Source: an uncultured beta proteobacterium
GTDB lineage: Bacteria > Pseudomonadota > Gammaproteobacteria > Burkholderiales > SG8-41
Length of the DNA stretch: 64,000 nucleotides
Assembly: GCA_903885665.1 (NCBI GenBank)
Contig: CAISJL010000117.1
Location: 3,479 to 67,478, forward strand
Reading direction: 5' to 3'
Below are positions 47,754-59,530 of the stretch, in pieces (the first letter of the stretch is position 1; each line of letters begins with the position of its first letter). Under the pieces are notes generated by a model. The model did no database searches and had not been told where the DNA came from. It saw only the letters and a program-made list of their open reading frames with translations. Position numbers and translations under genes: made by a program.

Positions 47754-50700
47754 ATGACTGCTTCTAGAATTCAACAGCTTCCACAACTACTCGCGCAACG
47801 CATCATGATTCTCGATGGTGCGATGGGCACCATGATTCAAAATTATAAACTCGATGAAGCCGCCTATCGAGGGCATCGCTTTCGTGATTTTGCCCATGAG
47901 GTGAAGGGGAATAATGATTTACTAACCCTAACCCAGCCGCACATAATCCGTGAAATTCACGAGCAATACTTAGACGCTGGCGCCGATATTATCGAGACCA
48001 ACACGTTTAACTCCACCGCGGTGGCGATGGCCGACTATCACATGGAGGATTTGGTCTACGAACTCAATCTAGAGGCGGCCAAGTTGGCGCGCGCCGCTGC
48101 TGACCGCTATGAAGTGCAAAACTTGCAAAAGCCGCGGTTTGTGGCTGGTACTTTGGGGCCTACCAATCGTACGGCCTCCATTTCGCCGGATGTTAACGAT
48201 CCGGGGTTTCGCAATATTAACTTTGATCAATTGGTGGTGACCTACACCGAAGCGGTGCGGGGTTTGATTGATGGCGGTTGTGATGTGCTGATGGTAGAGA
48301 CAGTGTTTGATACCTTGAATGCCAAGGCAGCTTTATTTGCCATTGACCAATATTTTGAGGCGCATGCAGTGCGTCTGCCAGTGATGATCTCGGGCACCAT
48401 CACCGATGCTTCAGGGCGGACCTTGTCGGGTCAGACGCCAGAAGCTTTTTGGAACTCGGTACGACATGCTAAACCGCTATCGATCGGTTTGAATTGCGCG
48501 CTAGGTGCGAAGTTGATGCGGCCGTACATCGAAGAATTGTCACGGGTAGCGGATACTTTTGTATGTGCTTATCCGAATGCTGGTCTACCCAATCCCTTAG
48601 CGCCCACCGGTTACGATGAATCGCCAGAGCAAACTGCAAATTATTTATTGGATTTTGCCACCAGTGGTTTTATTAATATTGCAGGTGGTTGTTGTGGCAC
48701 GACGCCGGCGCACATTCGCGCTATTGCCGAGGCGATTGCGCATTGCCCTCCTCGCGCCATTCCGACGATTGAACACAAGACCCGACTCTCGGGTTTGGAA
48801 GCGCTCAATATTGGCGACGATTCTTTATTTGTGAACGTGGGCGAGCGCACTAATGTCACAGGATCACGAGCGTTTGCCAAGCTGATTTTAGCTGGTGACT
48901 ATACAGCGGCTGTTGCAGTGGCTCGTCAGCAAGTGGAGAGTGGTGCGCAAATCATCGATATCAACATGGATGAGGCGATGCTTGATTCGCAGTTGGCGAT
49001 GACCACTTTTTTGAGTTTGATTGCCTCCGAGCCTGATATCTCGAGGGTGCCCGTAATGATCGACTCCTCGAAGTGGGATGTGATTGAGGCGGGCTTGAAG
49101 TGTGTGCAAGGCAAGGCCATTGTTAATTCGATCAGCATGAAGGAAGGGTTGGATTCTTTTCGAGCACAAGCGCGGCTTGCACGGCGTTATGGTGCGGCCG
49201 TGGTAGTGATGGCCTTTGATGAAAAAGGACAAGCTGACACTTATCAACGCCGTATTGAAATTTCACGCACGGCTTACGATGTTTTAGTGAATGAAATTGG
49301 TTTTCCAGCCGAAGATATTATTATCGATCCGAATATTTTCGCAATTGCTACCGGTATCGAAGAGCACGATCGTTACGGGATTGATTTCATGGATGCAACG
49401 CGTTGGATTCGTCAGAATCTGCCGCACGCTCGAATCAGTGGTGGTTTATCTAACATTTCGTTCTCGTTTCGTGGCAACGATGCGGTGCGTGAGGCTATCC
49501 ATACCGTATTTTTGTATCATGCCATTCAAGCGGGTTTGAGTATGGCAATTGTCAATGCAGGTCAGCTTGGTGTGTTTGATGAAATTCCGAAAGATTTGCT
49601 TGAGCATGTAGAAGATATTTTATTTAATCGGCGCCCTGATGCGGCCGAGCGGATGGTGGCGTTTGCCAATACTGTGAAGGGCGCGGGCAGGGTGCAGGTC
49701 GAAGACTTGGCGTGGCGCGACGCACCGGTGGGAGAGCGTCTCACGCACGCGCTTGTGAAAGGCATCACGCAATGGATTGTTGAAGATACCGAGGAGATGC
49801 GCTTACAAATTGACGCTGCAGGCGGCCGCCCGATTCAGGTAATCGAAGGGCCGTTGATGGATGGCATGAATGTGGTGGGCGATTTGTTTGGTGCAGGTAA
49901 GATGTTTTTACCGCAAGTAGTGAAGTCGGCCCGAGTGATGAAGCAAGCCGTTGCCCATTTAATTCCATACATAGAAGCCGAAAAGGCACGCCTAGGCGAT
50001 TTAAAGCCAAAGGGTAAGATTGTTTTAGCAACGGTGAAGGGTGATGTACATGATATTGGTAAAAATATCGTAGCCGTGGTCTTGCAATGCAATAACTATG
50101 AAGTCGTGAATATGGGCGTGATGGTGCCATGGTCGCAGATTGCCGAAGTCGCAGCGCGTGAGGGTGCGGATATTATTGGCTTGTCTGGTTTAATTACGCC
50201 CTCACTCGAGGAGATGGCGCATAACGCTCGCGAGATGCAACGTGCCGGCATGACCATTCCCTTGTTAATTGGCGGCGCGACCACCTCTAGCGTACATACC
50301 GCAGTCAAAATTGCGCCGCATTATCAAGGGCCAGTGGTGTGGGTGCCAGATGCGTCACGCAGTGTCAGTGTGTGCTCGAGCTTGCTCTCTACGGATCAGC
50401 GCCAAGGCTATATCGATAACTTGTTGGTAACCCAGCAGCGCGCTCGTGAACAGCACGCCGGTAAGACCGGACCACAGTTAATTACGATAGAGGCGGCACG
50501 TGCCAATGGTGTGGCGATTGATTGGTCCCGGGACGTGCCACCGCAGCCTGAGATGCTCGGTGTCAAGGTCTTACGTAACTATGACTTAGCAGAGATAGCG
50601 CGATACATTGATTGGGGTCCATTTTTCCAGACATGGGATCTTGCTGGTCCGTATCCGGCAATTCTAGACGATGCCGTGGTCGGCATTGAGGCACGGAAGG

Positions 50701-51458
50701 TATTGGCAGATGCGCAAGCGATGCTGAAAAAAATCATCGAAGGTCGGTGGTTGACGGCGCACGGCACGTTCGGTTTGTTTGCTGCCGCTAGTGTCGATCA
50801 AGACGATATTGCGATCTATACCGATGCATCTCGTACTAAAACGCATATGGTTTGGCATAACTTGCGGCAGCAGAACCAGAAACCTACGGGTCAGCGTAAT
50901 CAGTGTTTAGCCGATTATATTGCCCCACAGGGCAGTGGGGTGGCAGATCACATCGGCGCTTTTGCGGTGGGTATTCATGGCAGCGAGCAACCGCTGGCAC
51001 GTTTTGAAAAAGCCAACGATGATTATTCGGCAATCCTACTCAAAGCGTTGGCTGACCGCCTAGCGGAAGCCTTTGCCGAGCTATTGCATGTGCGCGTGCG
51101 GCGTGAGTTTTGGGGGTATGCGCGTGATGAGGCCCTAGATATCACGGCATTAGTCGCAGAGTCTTATCAGGGGATTCGACCGGCGCCAGGCTATCCGGCC
51201 TGCCCAGACCATACCGAAAAGGGTTCGCTCTTTAGCTGTTTGCCGGCCACGAAAATTGATATGCAGCTCACCGAATCCTATGCGATGTGGCCAGCCTCTG
51301 CAGTCAGTGGATTTTATTTAGCGCATCCGCAAGCACGTTATTTTGCAGTGGGTAAGATTGCGCGCGATCAAGTCGTAGACTACGCGCGACGTAAAGGCCA
51401 GGCCGTTTCAGAAGCAGAGCGTTGGTTGGCGCCGGTATTGGGATACGAGCCTACATGA
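47754..51458 (+). CDS. metH: Cobalamin-dependent methionine synthase
   Basis: [42 protein letters not shown] (B12-binding DxH), [12 protein letters not shown]. Confidence 0.98.
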   Translation: MTASRIQQLPQLLAQRIMILDGAMGTMIQNYKLDEAAYRGHRFRDFAHEVKGNNDLLTLTQPHIIREIHEQYLDAGADIIETNTFNSTAVAMADYHMEDLVYELNLEAAKLARAAADRYEVQNLQKPRFVAGTLGPTNRTASISPDVNDPGFRNINFDQLVVTYTEAVRGLIDGGCDVLMVETVFDTLNAKAALFAIDQYFEAHAVRLPVMISGTITDASGRTLSGQTPEAFWNSVRHAKPLSIGLNCALGAKLMRPYIEELSRVADTFVCAYPNAGLPNPLAPTGYDESPEQTANYLLDFATSGFINIAGGCCGTTPAHIRAIAEAIAHCPPRAIPTIEHKTRLSGLEALNIGDDSLFVNVGERTNVTGSRAFAKLILAGDYTAAVAVARQQVESGAQIIDINMDEAMLDSQLAMTTFLSLIASEPDISRVPVMIDSSKWDVIEAGLKCVQGKAIVNSISMKEGLDSFRAQARLARRYGAAVVVMAFDEKGQADTYQRRIEISRTAYDVLVNEIGFPAEDIIIDPNIFAIATGIEEHDRYGIDFMDATRWIRQNLPHARISGGLSNISFSFRGNDAVREAIHTVFLYHAIQAGLSMAIVNAGQLGVFDEIPKDLLEHVEDILFNRRPDAAERMVAFANTVKGAGRVQVEDLAWRDAPVGERLTHALVKGITQWIVEDTEEMRLQIDAAGGRPIQVIEGPLMDGMNVVGDLFGAGKMFLPQVVKSARVMKQAVAHLIPYIEAEKARLGDLKPKGKIVLATVKGDVHDIGKNIVAVVLQCNNYEVVNMGVMVPWSQIAEVAAREGADIIGLSGLITPSLEEMAHNAREMQRAGMTIPLLIGGATTSSVHTAVKIAPHYQGPVVWVPDASRSVSVCSSLLSTDQRQGYIDNLLVTQQRAREQHAGKTGPQLITIEAARANGVAIDWSRDVPPQPEMLGVKVLRNYDLAEIARYIDWGPFFQTWDLAGPYPAILDDAVVGIEARKVLADAQAMLKKIIEGRWLTAHGTFGLFAAASVDQDDIAIYTDASRTKTHMVWHNLRQQNQKPTGQRNQCLADYIAPQGSGVADHIGAFAVGIHGSEQPLARFEKANDDYSAILLKALADRLAEAFAELLHVRVRREFWGYARDEALDITALVAESYQGIRPAPGYPACPDHTEKGSLFSCLPATKIDMQLTESYAMWPASAVSGFYLAHPQARYFAVGKIARDQVVDYARRKGQAVSEAERWLAPVLGYEPT

Positions 51459-51492
51459 TTGTTCAGGGGGTTTTTGACGCTGGTGCAGCGCT

Positions 51493-52278
51493 GTGAATAG
51501 CAAGCGCGCGCGCAGCCTCAATGCTGATGAATTAGCGGGGTTTAACCGTGACGGATTTTTAGTGCTGCGTGGCCTGCTCTCGGAGGATACGCGTATAGCA
51601 ATGCGGGCGGTTGCTGAACGCGATTTGGCGGCATTGGTCGAGCCCTTAGAGTTTGAAGCTGACACCCAATATCCGGGTGCGCCCGCCTCGCGCCAAGCGC
51701 CAGGCGGGCGCACGGTGAGGCGTTTGCTGCAAGCATGTGATCGAGATGCAGTATTTCGTAATCAAGCAACAGCGCCAACAGTGGTCGCGTGCTTAGAGCA
51801 AATGTTCATGCAACCCGTGGTGTTAGTGCAAGCCCACCATAATTGTGTCATGACCAAGGCCCCGGCGTTTAGTAGCGTCACTGGCTGGCACCGCGATATT
51901 CGTTATTGGTCGTATCAGCGCCCCGAGTTGATTTCATTGTGGTTTGCCTTGGGCGAGGAGCGCGTAGAGAACGGTTGCTTAAATGTGTTGCCGGGTTCGC
52001 ATCGGGTGGAATGTGCTGCCCAGCAGTTAGATGCCGCACAATTCTTACGACCAGAGCATCCTGATAATGCTGCGTTATTGGTGCAACAATATGCAGTGAC
52101 CCTGGCGCCTGGTGATGCTTTGTTTTTTCATAGCCAATTATTTCATGCGGCTGGCCGCAATCAAACAACTGAGACCAAGCTCTCGGCGGTGTTTACTTAT
52201 CGCGCACAAGACAATCTAGCGCTGGCCGCTACGCGTTCTGCAACCCATCCGGAAATAGACTTATCGACGACAGTTTGA
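51493..52278 (+). CDS. Phytanoyl-CoA dioxygenase (PhyH) family Fe(II)/2-oxoglutarate oxygenase
   Basis: GWHRD (HxD), GCLNVLPGSH, LFFHSQLFHAAGRN. Confidence 0.85.
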   Translation: MNSKRARSLNADELAGFNRDGFLVLRGLLSEDTRIAMRAVAERDLAALVEPLEFEADTQYPGAPASRQAPGGRTVRRLLQACDRDAVFRNQATAPTVVACLEQMFMQPVVLVQAHHNCVMTKAPAFSSVTGWHRDIRYWSYQRPELISLWFALGEERVENGCLNVLPGSHRVECAAQQLDAAQFLRPEHPDNAALLVQQYAVTLAPGDALFFHSQLFHAAGRNQTTETKLSAVFTYRAQDNLALAATRSATHPEIDLSTTV

Positions 52279-52414
52279 GAATGTTGGTGTGGGTGTGGCT
52301 GGAGATCGTGCGCAGATTATGATGGTGAATGTAATATTACGGGATGTGGCTGTGTAGGTTGTACCCATAAATGGTGCAGTATTGAGTGACTCTATATTAT
52401 TTATTTTAGGTTGA

Positions 52415-53779
52415 ATGATGCATATCCATATTTTAGGTATTTGCGGCACGTTTATGGGTGGCTTGGCAGTGCTCGCGCGCGCAGCGGGTCATCGCGTCAC
52501 GGGTTGTGATGCTAATGTCTACCCGCCAATGAGTACGCAATTAGCGGCACAGGGCATCACGCTAATCCAAGGCTATGGGGAAGAGCAAGTTGATTTGGCT
52601 CCCGACGTCTATGTTGTTGGTAATGTTGTTACGCGTGGCAACCCCTTGATGGAAGCGATACTCGCCCAAGGGTTGCCTTGCACTTCTGGCCCGCAGTGGT
52701 TAGCTGATCATGTGTTGCAAGGTCGTTGGGTCTTAGGGGTCGCAGGCACGCATGGCAAAACCACCACGAGCGCACTGTTAGCGTGGATCTTAGAGGACGC
52801 GGGTTTGAATCCGAGTTTTTTAATTGGAGGGGTGCCACAAAATTTTGGTGTCTCCGCCCGCCTGACAGACAGCCCGTTTTTTGTGATTGAAGCCGATGAA
52901 TATGACACGGCATTTTTTGATAAGCGTTCTAAATTTATTCATTACAAGCCGCGCACGGTAGTGTTGAATAATCTAGAGTTTGATCATGCAGATATATTCA
53001 CAGATTTGACGGCGATTGAAACACAGTTTCATCACTTAGTACGTACCTTACCTAATAATGGTTTGATTGTTGCGCAAGCGGGGCTGTCGGCATTAGATCG
53101 GGTGTTAGCGCGCGGTGCTTGGACGCCATTGGCGCGCTTTGGTGCAGATGGCGAATGGCAAGTGACAGCAGCAGACGCTACCGGATTTAGTGTGCTACAT
53201 CATGGCCAGACCGAGGGTCGTGTCGAGTGGGCTTTGTTGGGTGAGCATAATCGGTTGAATGCATTGGCAGCCATTATTGCTGCGCGTCATGTCGGAGTGC
53301 CAGTGGCTCATGCGATCTCTGCCTTGTCCCGGTTTCAAAATGTACGGCGCCGTATGGAATTGCGTGGTGTAGTTGCTGAGGTTGCTGTTTATGACGATTT
53401 TGCGCATCATCCAACAGCGATAGCCACGACCCTAGCCGGTTTACGCCAACGCGTTGGTTCGGCGCGAATTATTGCAGTGATCGAGCCGCGCTCGAATACC
53501 ATGAAATTGGGTGTGATGAAGCAGGCGCTGGCCGAGAGCTTGATGAATGCTGATGAGGTTTATTGTTACAGCGGTGGCATTGACTGGGATGTAGCAGCGG
53601 CTCTGCAGCCCCTAGGCACGCGCGTGACGGTGATCGCGACTGTGTCAGCCTTAGTAGAGGCCTTAGTGCAAAACGCGCGGGCAGGCGATCAAGTGTTGGT
53701 GATGAGCAATGGTAGCTTCGGCGGCATTCATGAGCAGTTATTGGCTCGATTGGCGAGGATTGCACCGAGCGCAGACTAA
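52415..53779 (+). CDS. mpl: UDP-N-acetylmuramate:L-Ala-gamma-D-Glu-meso-DAP ligase (murein peptide ligase)
   Basis: HILGICGTFMGG, VAGTHGKTTT, IEADEYDTAFFDKRSKF, DDFAHHPTAI, EPRSNTMK. Confidence 0.96.
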   Translation: MMHIHILGICGTFMGGLAVLARAAGHRVTGCDANVYPPMSTQLAAQGITLIQGYGEEQVDLAPDVYVVGNVVTRGNPLMEAILAQGLPCTSGPQWLADHVLQGRWVLGVAGTHGKTTTSALLAWILEDAGLNPSFLIGGVPQNFGVSARLTDSPFFVIEADEYDTAFFDKRSKFIHYKPRTVVLNNLEFDHADIFTDLTAIETQFHHLVRTLPNNGLIVAQAGLSALDRVLARGAWTPLARFGADGEWQVTAADATGFSVLHHGQTEGRVEWALLGEHNRLNALAAIIAARHVGVPVAHAISALSRFQNVRRRMELRGVVAEVAVYDDFAHHPTAIATTLAGLRQRVGSARIIAVIEPRSNTMKLGVMKQALAESLMNADEVYCYSGGIDWDVAAALQPLGTRVTVIATVSALVEALVQNARAGDQVLVMSNGSFGGIHEQLLARLARIAPSAD

Positions 53780-54091
53780 GCGCGTTTGATCCAAAAGTTG
53801 ATGAGTGACCTGACTCACTAACGATGCGCTTGATATGGACGGACTTCTTAAGGGCAGACTTGCCAATGGTGGACTTGCTGTTGCGATGTTCATGCTAACA
53901 ACAGGCTGGTCGATGAGTTACAGTGCCATTGTATAAAAATAATACAAATTAAATTTTAGCTTTAAATTAAATCAATCGACTTCATTTAAGTGCACTTTGA
54001 GTTCATTTCAATTTCATTATTAAGTAGATATATGATTTTAGTGTTTAGTATTTAGTATTTAGTTAAAATTTTTTAATGAACAGAGGTTTAA

Positions 54092-54664
54092 TTGCTGATA
54101 TATATTCACGGTTTCAATAGTTCAGCGCAATCGCATAAGGCGTGCTTGTTGCAACAGCGCATGGAGACATTGGGTTTTGCGCAGTGGTATGCTGCACCCA
54201 ATTTGGGCAATCAGCCGCTGCAAGCGATGGCTACAATCGAAGCGTTGTTGCGCGGCCTGGATCCAGCGCATGTGACTGTGGTCGGGTCTTCTTTAGGTGG
54301 ATATTATGCAACGTATTTAGTGGAGCAATATGGTGTGCGTGCAGTATTAGTCAACCCAGCTGTTCGACCTTATCAGCTGCTGGCAACGCAGCTTGGTATG
54401 CAGCGGAATTTATACACCGGTGAGTCTTATGAGCTAACACCACAACATCTGCTGGAGTGGGAGCAGTTAGAGGTGGCGCAGATTAGTGTTGAGCGCTATT
54501 GGTTAATTACAGCCAGTGGTGATGAAGTATTAGATTATCGTGAAGGTTTGAGCCGCTATAAGGGTTGTTTAACGGAGGTGATTGAAGGTGGCGATCATGG
54601 TTGTGCTGAATTTGTAAATTATTTAGATAAGGTCATCGCATACTGGCAGCGCGGGCGCGTATAA
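54092..54664 (+). CDS. yqiA: YqiA/YcfP family alpha/beta hydrolase (esterase)
   Basis: YIHGFNSS, GSSLGGYYA, LVNPAVRP, GDEVLDY, GGDH. Confidence 0.88.
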   Translation: MLIYIHGFNSSAQSHKACLLQQRMETLGFAQWYAAPNLGNQPLQAMATIEALLRGLDPAHVTVVGSSLGGYYATYLVEQYGVRAVLVNPAVRPYQLLATQLGMQRNLYTGESYELTPQHLLEWEQLEVAQISVERYWLITASGDEVLDYREGLSRYKGCLTEVIEGGDHGCAEFVNYLDKVIAYWQRGRV

Positions 54665-54823
54665 TCCGCCGACCATCTGCAATACTGACGATTCATTTTT
54701 GAGATGAATTCTGATATGAGTCTTGTAAAGTAACTCTTTAAATTAACACCATAGATTACCGCTCAAATTAACCGCCCAAATTAAACACTCCAATTAACCA
54801 CTTAAGCAACGGCAACTGTATCG

Positions 54824-56662
54824 ATGAATGTGTTCTATGAAGAAGAGGGCGAGTTTAGAGTCGGTTCCATATTGACCGATAACGAGACTTCGTTACAAGT
54901 TGAAGCCCCCCATGGCAAACGCTCCAAGGTTAAGGCCAGTGCAGTGTTGTTGCGTTTTACCGCGCCCAGTCATCAGGTATTTATGGCTGAAGCGCAACAG
55001 TTGGCTGATGCAATTGATTTAGATTTTCTATGGCAATGCTGTAGTGAGGATGAATTTGCCTATGCGAGTTTGGCAGAAGAATATTACGGCCATGCACCCT
55101 CTGTCTTAGAGTCTGCGAGTGTGCTGATTCGTCTTCACGCGGCACCGATGTATTTTTATAAAAAAGGCCGGGGTCGTTATAAAGCAGCGCCACAAGCAGC
55201 CTTACAGGCGGCGCTCGCCAGCGTCGAGCGTAAGCGTATGCAAGCCGCGGCGAAAGCTGAGTATATTGCTGAGTTAGCGCAATCTCGCTTACCAGCAGAT
55301 TTTGTGCCGCTGCTGCATCAGTTACTCTATCAGCCGGATAAAAACAGTGTTGCTTGGAAGGCCTTGGAAGAGGCTAGTGTGCTCTTAAAGCGCTCGCCGC
55401 TCAGAGTCTTAGAGCAGTGTGGTGCACTCGCCGATACCCATGCTTATCATCTGCAACGTTTTGTTCACGAGCACTTTCCTAAAGGCTTGAGTTTCCCCGA
55501 ATTGCCGCAGTTGCTAGGGGCGAGTGATCTGCCTACTGCGACTGTTCATGCTTATAGTATTGATGACGCGGCGACCACTGAAATCGATGATGCATTCTCG
55601 CTCACCCCACTGGGCAATGGCAGCTTTCGCCTAGGGATTCACATTGCAGCACCGGCGCTTGGGCTATTACCGGATTCGCCGTGGGAGCGCTTAGCGCGTG
55701 AGCGTTTGTCTACGGTGTATTTTCCGGGTCATAAAATTACCATGTTGCCGGAAGCGGCGGTGGCAACTTATAGCTTGGCCGCAGGTCGGGTGTGTCCGGC
55801 TTTATCGATTTATTTTACGGTAGCCGATGATTTTTCAATTTTGGATCATTCCAGTTGCTTAGAGCAGGTGATGGTGGCAGAGAACTTGCGTCACGAGACG
55901 CTAGAGCCGGTATTTAATGCCGAGACCGTTGCGACCGGGGTAATCGACCATCCACTATCCGATACCTTGGTGTGGTTGTGGCGGTTTGCAACGCATCGGC
56001 TCCGTATCCGAAAGGGTGAGAATGCACCGAACGAGGATCGACCTGAGTTTGGCTTTCAGGTGGTTGACGGCAGAGTCAGCATCACCCGCCGTCAACGGGG
56101 CACGCCGATTGACCAGAGCGTTGCTGAACTGATGATCTTAGCCAATAGCACCTGGGCCAGTGATTTACAGGCCGCGGGGATTGCCGGTTTATTTAGGGTG
56201 CAAAGCGGTGGTAAGGTGCGCACCAGCACGGCGGCCGGGCCGCATGATGGTTTGGGGGTGTCGCACTACATGTGGGCGAGCTCGCCATTGCGTCGTTATT
56301 GTGATTTAGTCAATCAGCGCCAGTTAATGGCAATGGTGCAAAGCAGATCACCAGCGTATCAAGCAAGTGATGTAAATTTGTTGACTACAATGCGTGACTT
56401 TGAAGCGGCCTATGAGGCTTATGCGGAGTTTCAGCGGGCGATGGAGCGTTATTGGAGTTTGCGCTGGTTATTGCAAGAAGCAATGGCGAGTGTCAAGGCA
56501 GTTGTGTTGCGAGACAATCTGGTGCGCTTGCAACATCTGCCCCTAACCCAGCGTGTGCCTTCTCTATCGGGCGTGGCGGTTGGCGATCAGGTAGAGTTGC
56601 GTATTGGTGGGGTTGATTTATTAGAAATGGCCTTGACTCTGGAATATAGTGCTGTAGTTTGA
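54824..56662 (+). CDS. RNB-domain exoribonuclease (RNase II/R family)
   Basis: SIDDAATTEIDDAFS, GIHIAAP, ELMILAN, SSPLRRYCDL. Confidence 0.9.
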   Translation: MNVFYEEEGEFRVGSILTDNETSLQVEAPHGKRSKVKASAVLLRFTAPSHQVFMAEAQQLADAIDLDFLWQCCSEDEFAYASLAEEYYGHAPSVLESASVLIRLHAAPMYFYKKGRGRYKAAPQAALQAALASVERKRMQAAAKAEYIAELAQSRLPADFVPLLHQLLYQPDKNSVAWKALEEASVLLKRSPLRVLEQCGALADTHAYHLQRFVHEHFPKGLSFPELPQLLGASDLPTATVHAYSIDDAATTEIDDAFSLTPLGNGSFRLGIHIAAPALGLLPDSPWERLARERLSTVYFPGHKITMLPEAAVATYSLAAGRVCPALSIYFTVADDFSILDHSSCLEQVMVAENLRHETLEPVFNAETVATGVIDHPLSDTLVWLWRFATHRLRIRKGENAPNEDRPEFGFQVVDGRVSITRRQRGTPIDQSVAELMILANSTWASDLQAAGIAGLFRVQSGGKVRTSTAAGPHDGLGVSHYMWASSPLRRYCDLVNQRQLMAMVQSRSPAYQASDVNLLTTMRDFEAAYEAYAEFQRAMERYWSLRWLLQEAMASVKAVVLRDNLVRLQHLPLTQRVPSLSGVAVGDQVELRIGGVDLLEMALTLEYSAVV

Positions 56663-56711
56663 TGGCGGACGGCGTTGCAGAATACGGATATAGCAATGTA
56701 TAAAATGTGGT

Positions 56712-57719
56712 ATGAAACACTCGACAACTAAAAAAGTGATTCAGTTTCCTAGGCCGCAGTCGCCAAGGCAGTCGCACCATGGTGCTCGGCTACGCTACCG
56801 TATTCGTTATTACTCTGGATTGTTTCCGTTAAAAAGCGAACAGCAATGGTACGCACGTTATAATCAAAAAATACGCATCAGTATCGCGAGCTGCAGTTCA
56901 TTATTAGTGCATGCGCTGGTGATTATGTTTGTACAATTTATCGTACTGAGCCCAGAGTTAAAGCAAATTAGTACCGCGATGACCGTTGTGTTGGTGAATG
57001 CCAAAACAGCCAATGCGCCCACTAACGCTACAATTTTGGCACAACACAATCTTGATGGTGGGGGTAATGCGGATACTCCGCAAGCAGCAAAAAGCCCCTT
57101 GCCAGCGGTGACTCAGGATGAACAAACGACAGAAGTGCAGTTGGCGCGGCGGCGCGTGCTTGAACTTGAGCGTCAAGCGCGCGAGTTGTTGACGGTGCCA
57201 GCGCCAAGCAGTCAGGTAAAGAGTGCGCGGCGCGTGCTTGCGGCCGAGCAAGAGCCAACGGTAGTGCCAACGCCCGAGGGTCAGGACTTGGTGGCACGCA
57301 GCCTTGAGATTGCGCGACTAGAGGCGCAAATTAATCAAGATTGGAATCGTTATCAGCAGCGGCCACGTCGTAAGTTTGTAGGCGCGCGCACTCAAGAGTA
57401 TAGCTATGCCCGTTATATCGAAGACTGGCGAATGAAGGTTGAGCGCATTGGGGATTTAAATTACCCTAAAGCGGCACGTGATCAGGGTGTCTATGGCAAA
57501 CTGGTGGCAACGGTGTCGATACGCGCTGATGGGACGCTTGAGCGCGTACAAATCGATAAATCTTCAGGCAGTACGATTTTAGACGAGGCAGCAGTGCGTA
57601 TTGTGACTTTGGCAGCGCCTTATGCACCATTTTCTGATTCGATCAAACGCGATGTCGATGTTCTGCATATTACGCGGACTTGGGCATTTACTCGCGCCGA
57701 TCAGTTTGTTAGTCAATGA
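56712..57719 (+). CDS. TonB family protein (TonB C-terminal domain)
   Basis: TM with SLLVH, VVLVNAK, GGGN, WRMKVERIG-LNYP, SSG-ILDEAA; usual rnb-tonB-aroE synteny. Confidence 0.82.
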   Translation: MKHSTTKKVIQFPRPQSPRQSHHGARLRYRIRYYSGLFPLKSEQQWYARYNQKIRISIASCSSLLVHALVIMFVQFIVLSPELKQISTAMTVVLVNAKTANAPTNATILAQHNLDGGGNADTPQAAKSPLPAVTQDEQTTEVQLARRRVLELERQARELLTVPAPSSQVKSARRVLAAEQEPTVVPTPEGQDLVARSLEIARLEAQINQDWNRYQQRPRRKFVGARTQEYSYARYIEDWRMKVERIGDLNYPKAARDQGVYGKLVATVSIRADGTLERVQIDKSSGSTILDEAAVRIVTLAAPYAPFSDSIKRDVDVLHITRTWAFTRADQFVSQ

Positions 57720-58576
57720 TGAAACGCTACGCCGTGATTGGGCATCCAGTGGCGCACAGCCAATCGCCCTTTATTCACACCCAGTTTGCTGAACAGACGG
57801 GTTGTCAATTAAGTTATGAGCGGCTACTTGCACCGTTAGAGGGCTTTGAAGTAACTGCGCGTCAGTTTTTTGATGACGGTGGTAGTGGCCTGAATGTGAC
57901 CGTGCCGTTTAAGCAAGCGGCTTGGCGTTTGGTCGATGCCTATGGTGCGGATGGTGACGCGCTAATGGCTGAAGCAGTGAATACTATTGTGCGTGTTGCC
58001 GATACCAATATCGCACAGGGTTATCGATTGCTCGGTCATAACACCGATGGTTATGGTTTAGTGACAGATATCGAATGCAATATTGGCGTTTGTCTGGGTG
58101 GTGCCCGTGTTTTGTTATTGGGCGCGGGCGGTGCTGCCTATGGCGTGATGCTCGCGTTATTACGCAGTGGCCCACAGCACATTGTTGTAGCTAATCGCAC
58201 CTTGGATAAAGCTCAGGCCTTGGTTGGGCATTTTGCGCAATCTGCGCAGCGGTTTGCCGTTCCGTTAAGCGCTGATGCTTACCCAGCATTGACAAGCAGT
58301 GTTTTTGACGTGGTGATTAACGCCACTTCGGCTGGCTTGCAAGCGCAGGCGCCAGCAATTCCACCCCAGGTGTTTGCTCCTCAAGCTTTGGCCTATGAGA
58401 TGGTCTATGGTCGAGTGACTCCGTTTATGCAGCTGGCGCAAAGCGTTGGGGTGCGCGCGGTAGCCGGTTGGGGCATGTTAGTTGAGCAGGCTGCTGAAGC
58501 CTTTCGTTTATGGCATGGTGTGCGTCCGGTAACAGATCGCCTATTACAGTACCAAGAAGCATATAAAAATATTTAA
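57716..58576 (+). CDS. aroE: Shikimate dehydrogenase
   Basis: GHPVAHSQSP, NVTVPFK, AVNT, NTDG, GAGGAA, INATS, GMLVEQAA. Confidence 0.95.
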   Translation: MMKRYAVIGHPVAHSQSPFIHTQFAEQTGCQLSYERLLAPLEGFEVTARQFFDDGGSGLNVTVPFKQAAWRLVDAYGADGDALMAEAVNTIVRVADTNIAQGYRLLGHNTDGYGLVTDIECNIGVCLGGARVLLLGAGGAAYGVMLALLRSGPQHIVVANRTLDKAQALVGHFAQSAQRFAVPLSADAYPALTSSVFDVVINATSAGLQAQAPAIPPQVFAPQALAYEMVYGRVTPFMQLAQSVGVRAVAGWGMLVEQAAEAFRLWHGVRPVTDRLLQYQEAYKNI

Positions 58577-58618
58577 ATATCAAATACTTATGTTTAAAAT
58601 ATGGCTTGAGGTGGGTGT

Positions 58619-59317
58619 TTGATGGGGGGCTTGGGGCAGTTGCTAACGCAGCTCTTACGCTGGGCATTGATTGGTTTGATAGCGCTACAGTTTTGGTTTT
58701 TTGGTCATATTGTATATTGGAATTTTTTTAATCCACAGTCGACTGCGTTTATGCGGGCGCGACTGGCGGTGATCCACCAAAAAAAACCCAAAGCCCAGCT
58801 CCGTCAGCAGTGGGTGAGTTACCCGCGTATTTCGGTGCATCTGAAGCGTGCTCTAGTGGCAGCGGAGGACGCCAAGTTTGTCGATCATCCGGGTTTTGAT
58901 TGGGACGGTATTCGTAGCGCTTATGAACGTAACCGCCGTGCTGGGGCAGTGGTGGCGGGTGGCTCGACGATCTCTCAGCAATTAGCAAAAAATCTATTCT
59001 TTTCGGGCGAGCGCACTTGGTGGCGTAAGTCGCAGGAAGCCGTAGTCACGGTGATGTTAGAGACTGTGATGAGTAAGCGGCGGATTTTTGAAATTTACCT
59101 CAACGTCATTGAGTGGGGTGATGGCGTATTTGGGGCGGAAGCAGCCGCCCGTTACCACTATGGGAACAATGCCCAGGGCTTAGATCATGACCAAGCGGCT
59201 CGTTTAGCTGCGGTAGTGCCTAGCCCACGACGCTATGGACCCGCGAGTAATTCCTTGTACTTGCAACGACGAAGTGCCATCATTGGCGCCCGAATGGACA
59301 TGGCGCGAATCCCTTAA
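58619..59317 (+). CDS. mtgA: Monofunctional biosynthetic peptidoglycan transglycosylase
   Basis: AEDAKF, GGSTISQQLAKNLF, RKSQE, YLNVIEWG, FGAEAAA. Confidence 0.95.
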   Translation: MMGGLGQLLTQLLRWALIGLIALQFWFFGHIVYWNFFNPQSTAFMRARLAVIHQKKPKAQLRQQWVSYPRISVHLKRALVAAEDAKFVDHPGFDWDGIRSAYERNRRAGAVVAGGSTISQQLAKNLFFSGERTWWRKSQEAVVTVMLETVMSKRRIFEIYLNVIEWGDGVFGAEAAARYHYGNNAQGLDHDQAARLAAVVPSPRRYGPASNSLYLQRRSAIIGARMDMARIP

Positions 59318-59363
59318 GGTGCTTGATTAATAAGCAGTTTTAATGAAGCATGCGTGATTGGTA

Positions 59364-59392
59364 TTGACCCACTGCCTGGACAAGCTTACCCT
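59364..59392 (+). promoter_or_regulatory. Candidate sigma70 promoter for the ior-sox operon
   Basis: TTGACC-N17-TACCCT, about 140 nt upstream of the iorA-like ATG. Confidence 0.4.
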
Positions 59393-59530
59393 TGATGAAT
59401 GACGTGGATTGGGTCCTTGTTCAAGCGTTCTGCAGGCACGTTAAAGACGACACGTCGCGTGGGTAAGTTCTAATCACCCCGGCCAAGATCGTGGATTCAC
59501 AATTATTTCAAATCGTTCTGAGGAGAAGTC

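Noticed and set aside
53780-54091. Long AT-rich spacer between mpl and yqiA as an sRNA or small gene
   Set aside because: Only a short ORF without SD and weak hairpins; no terminator or known RNA motif recognised.
59318-59530. Moco/Wco riboswitch in the iorA leader
   Set aside because: Conserved Moco-RNA motifs not found; only loose inverted repeats.
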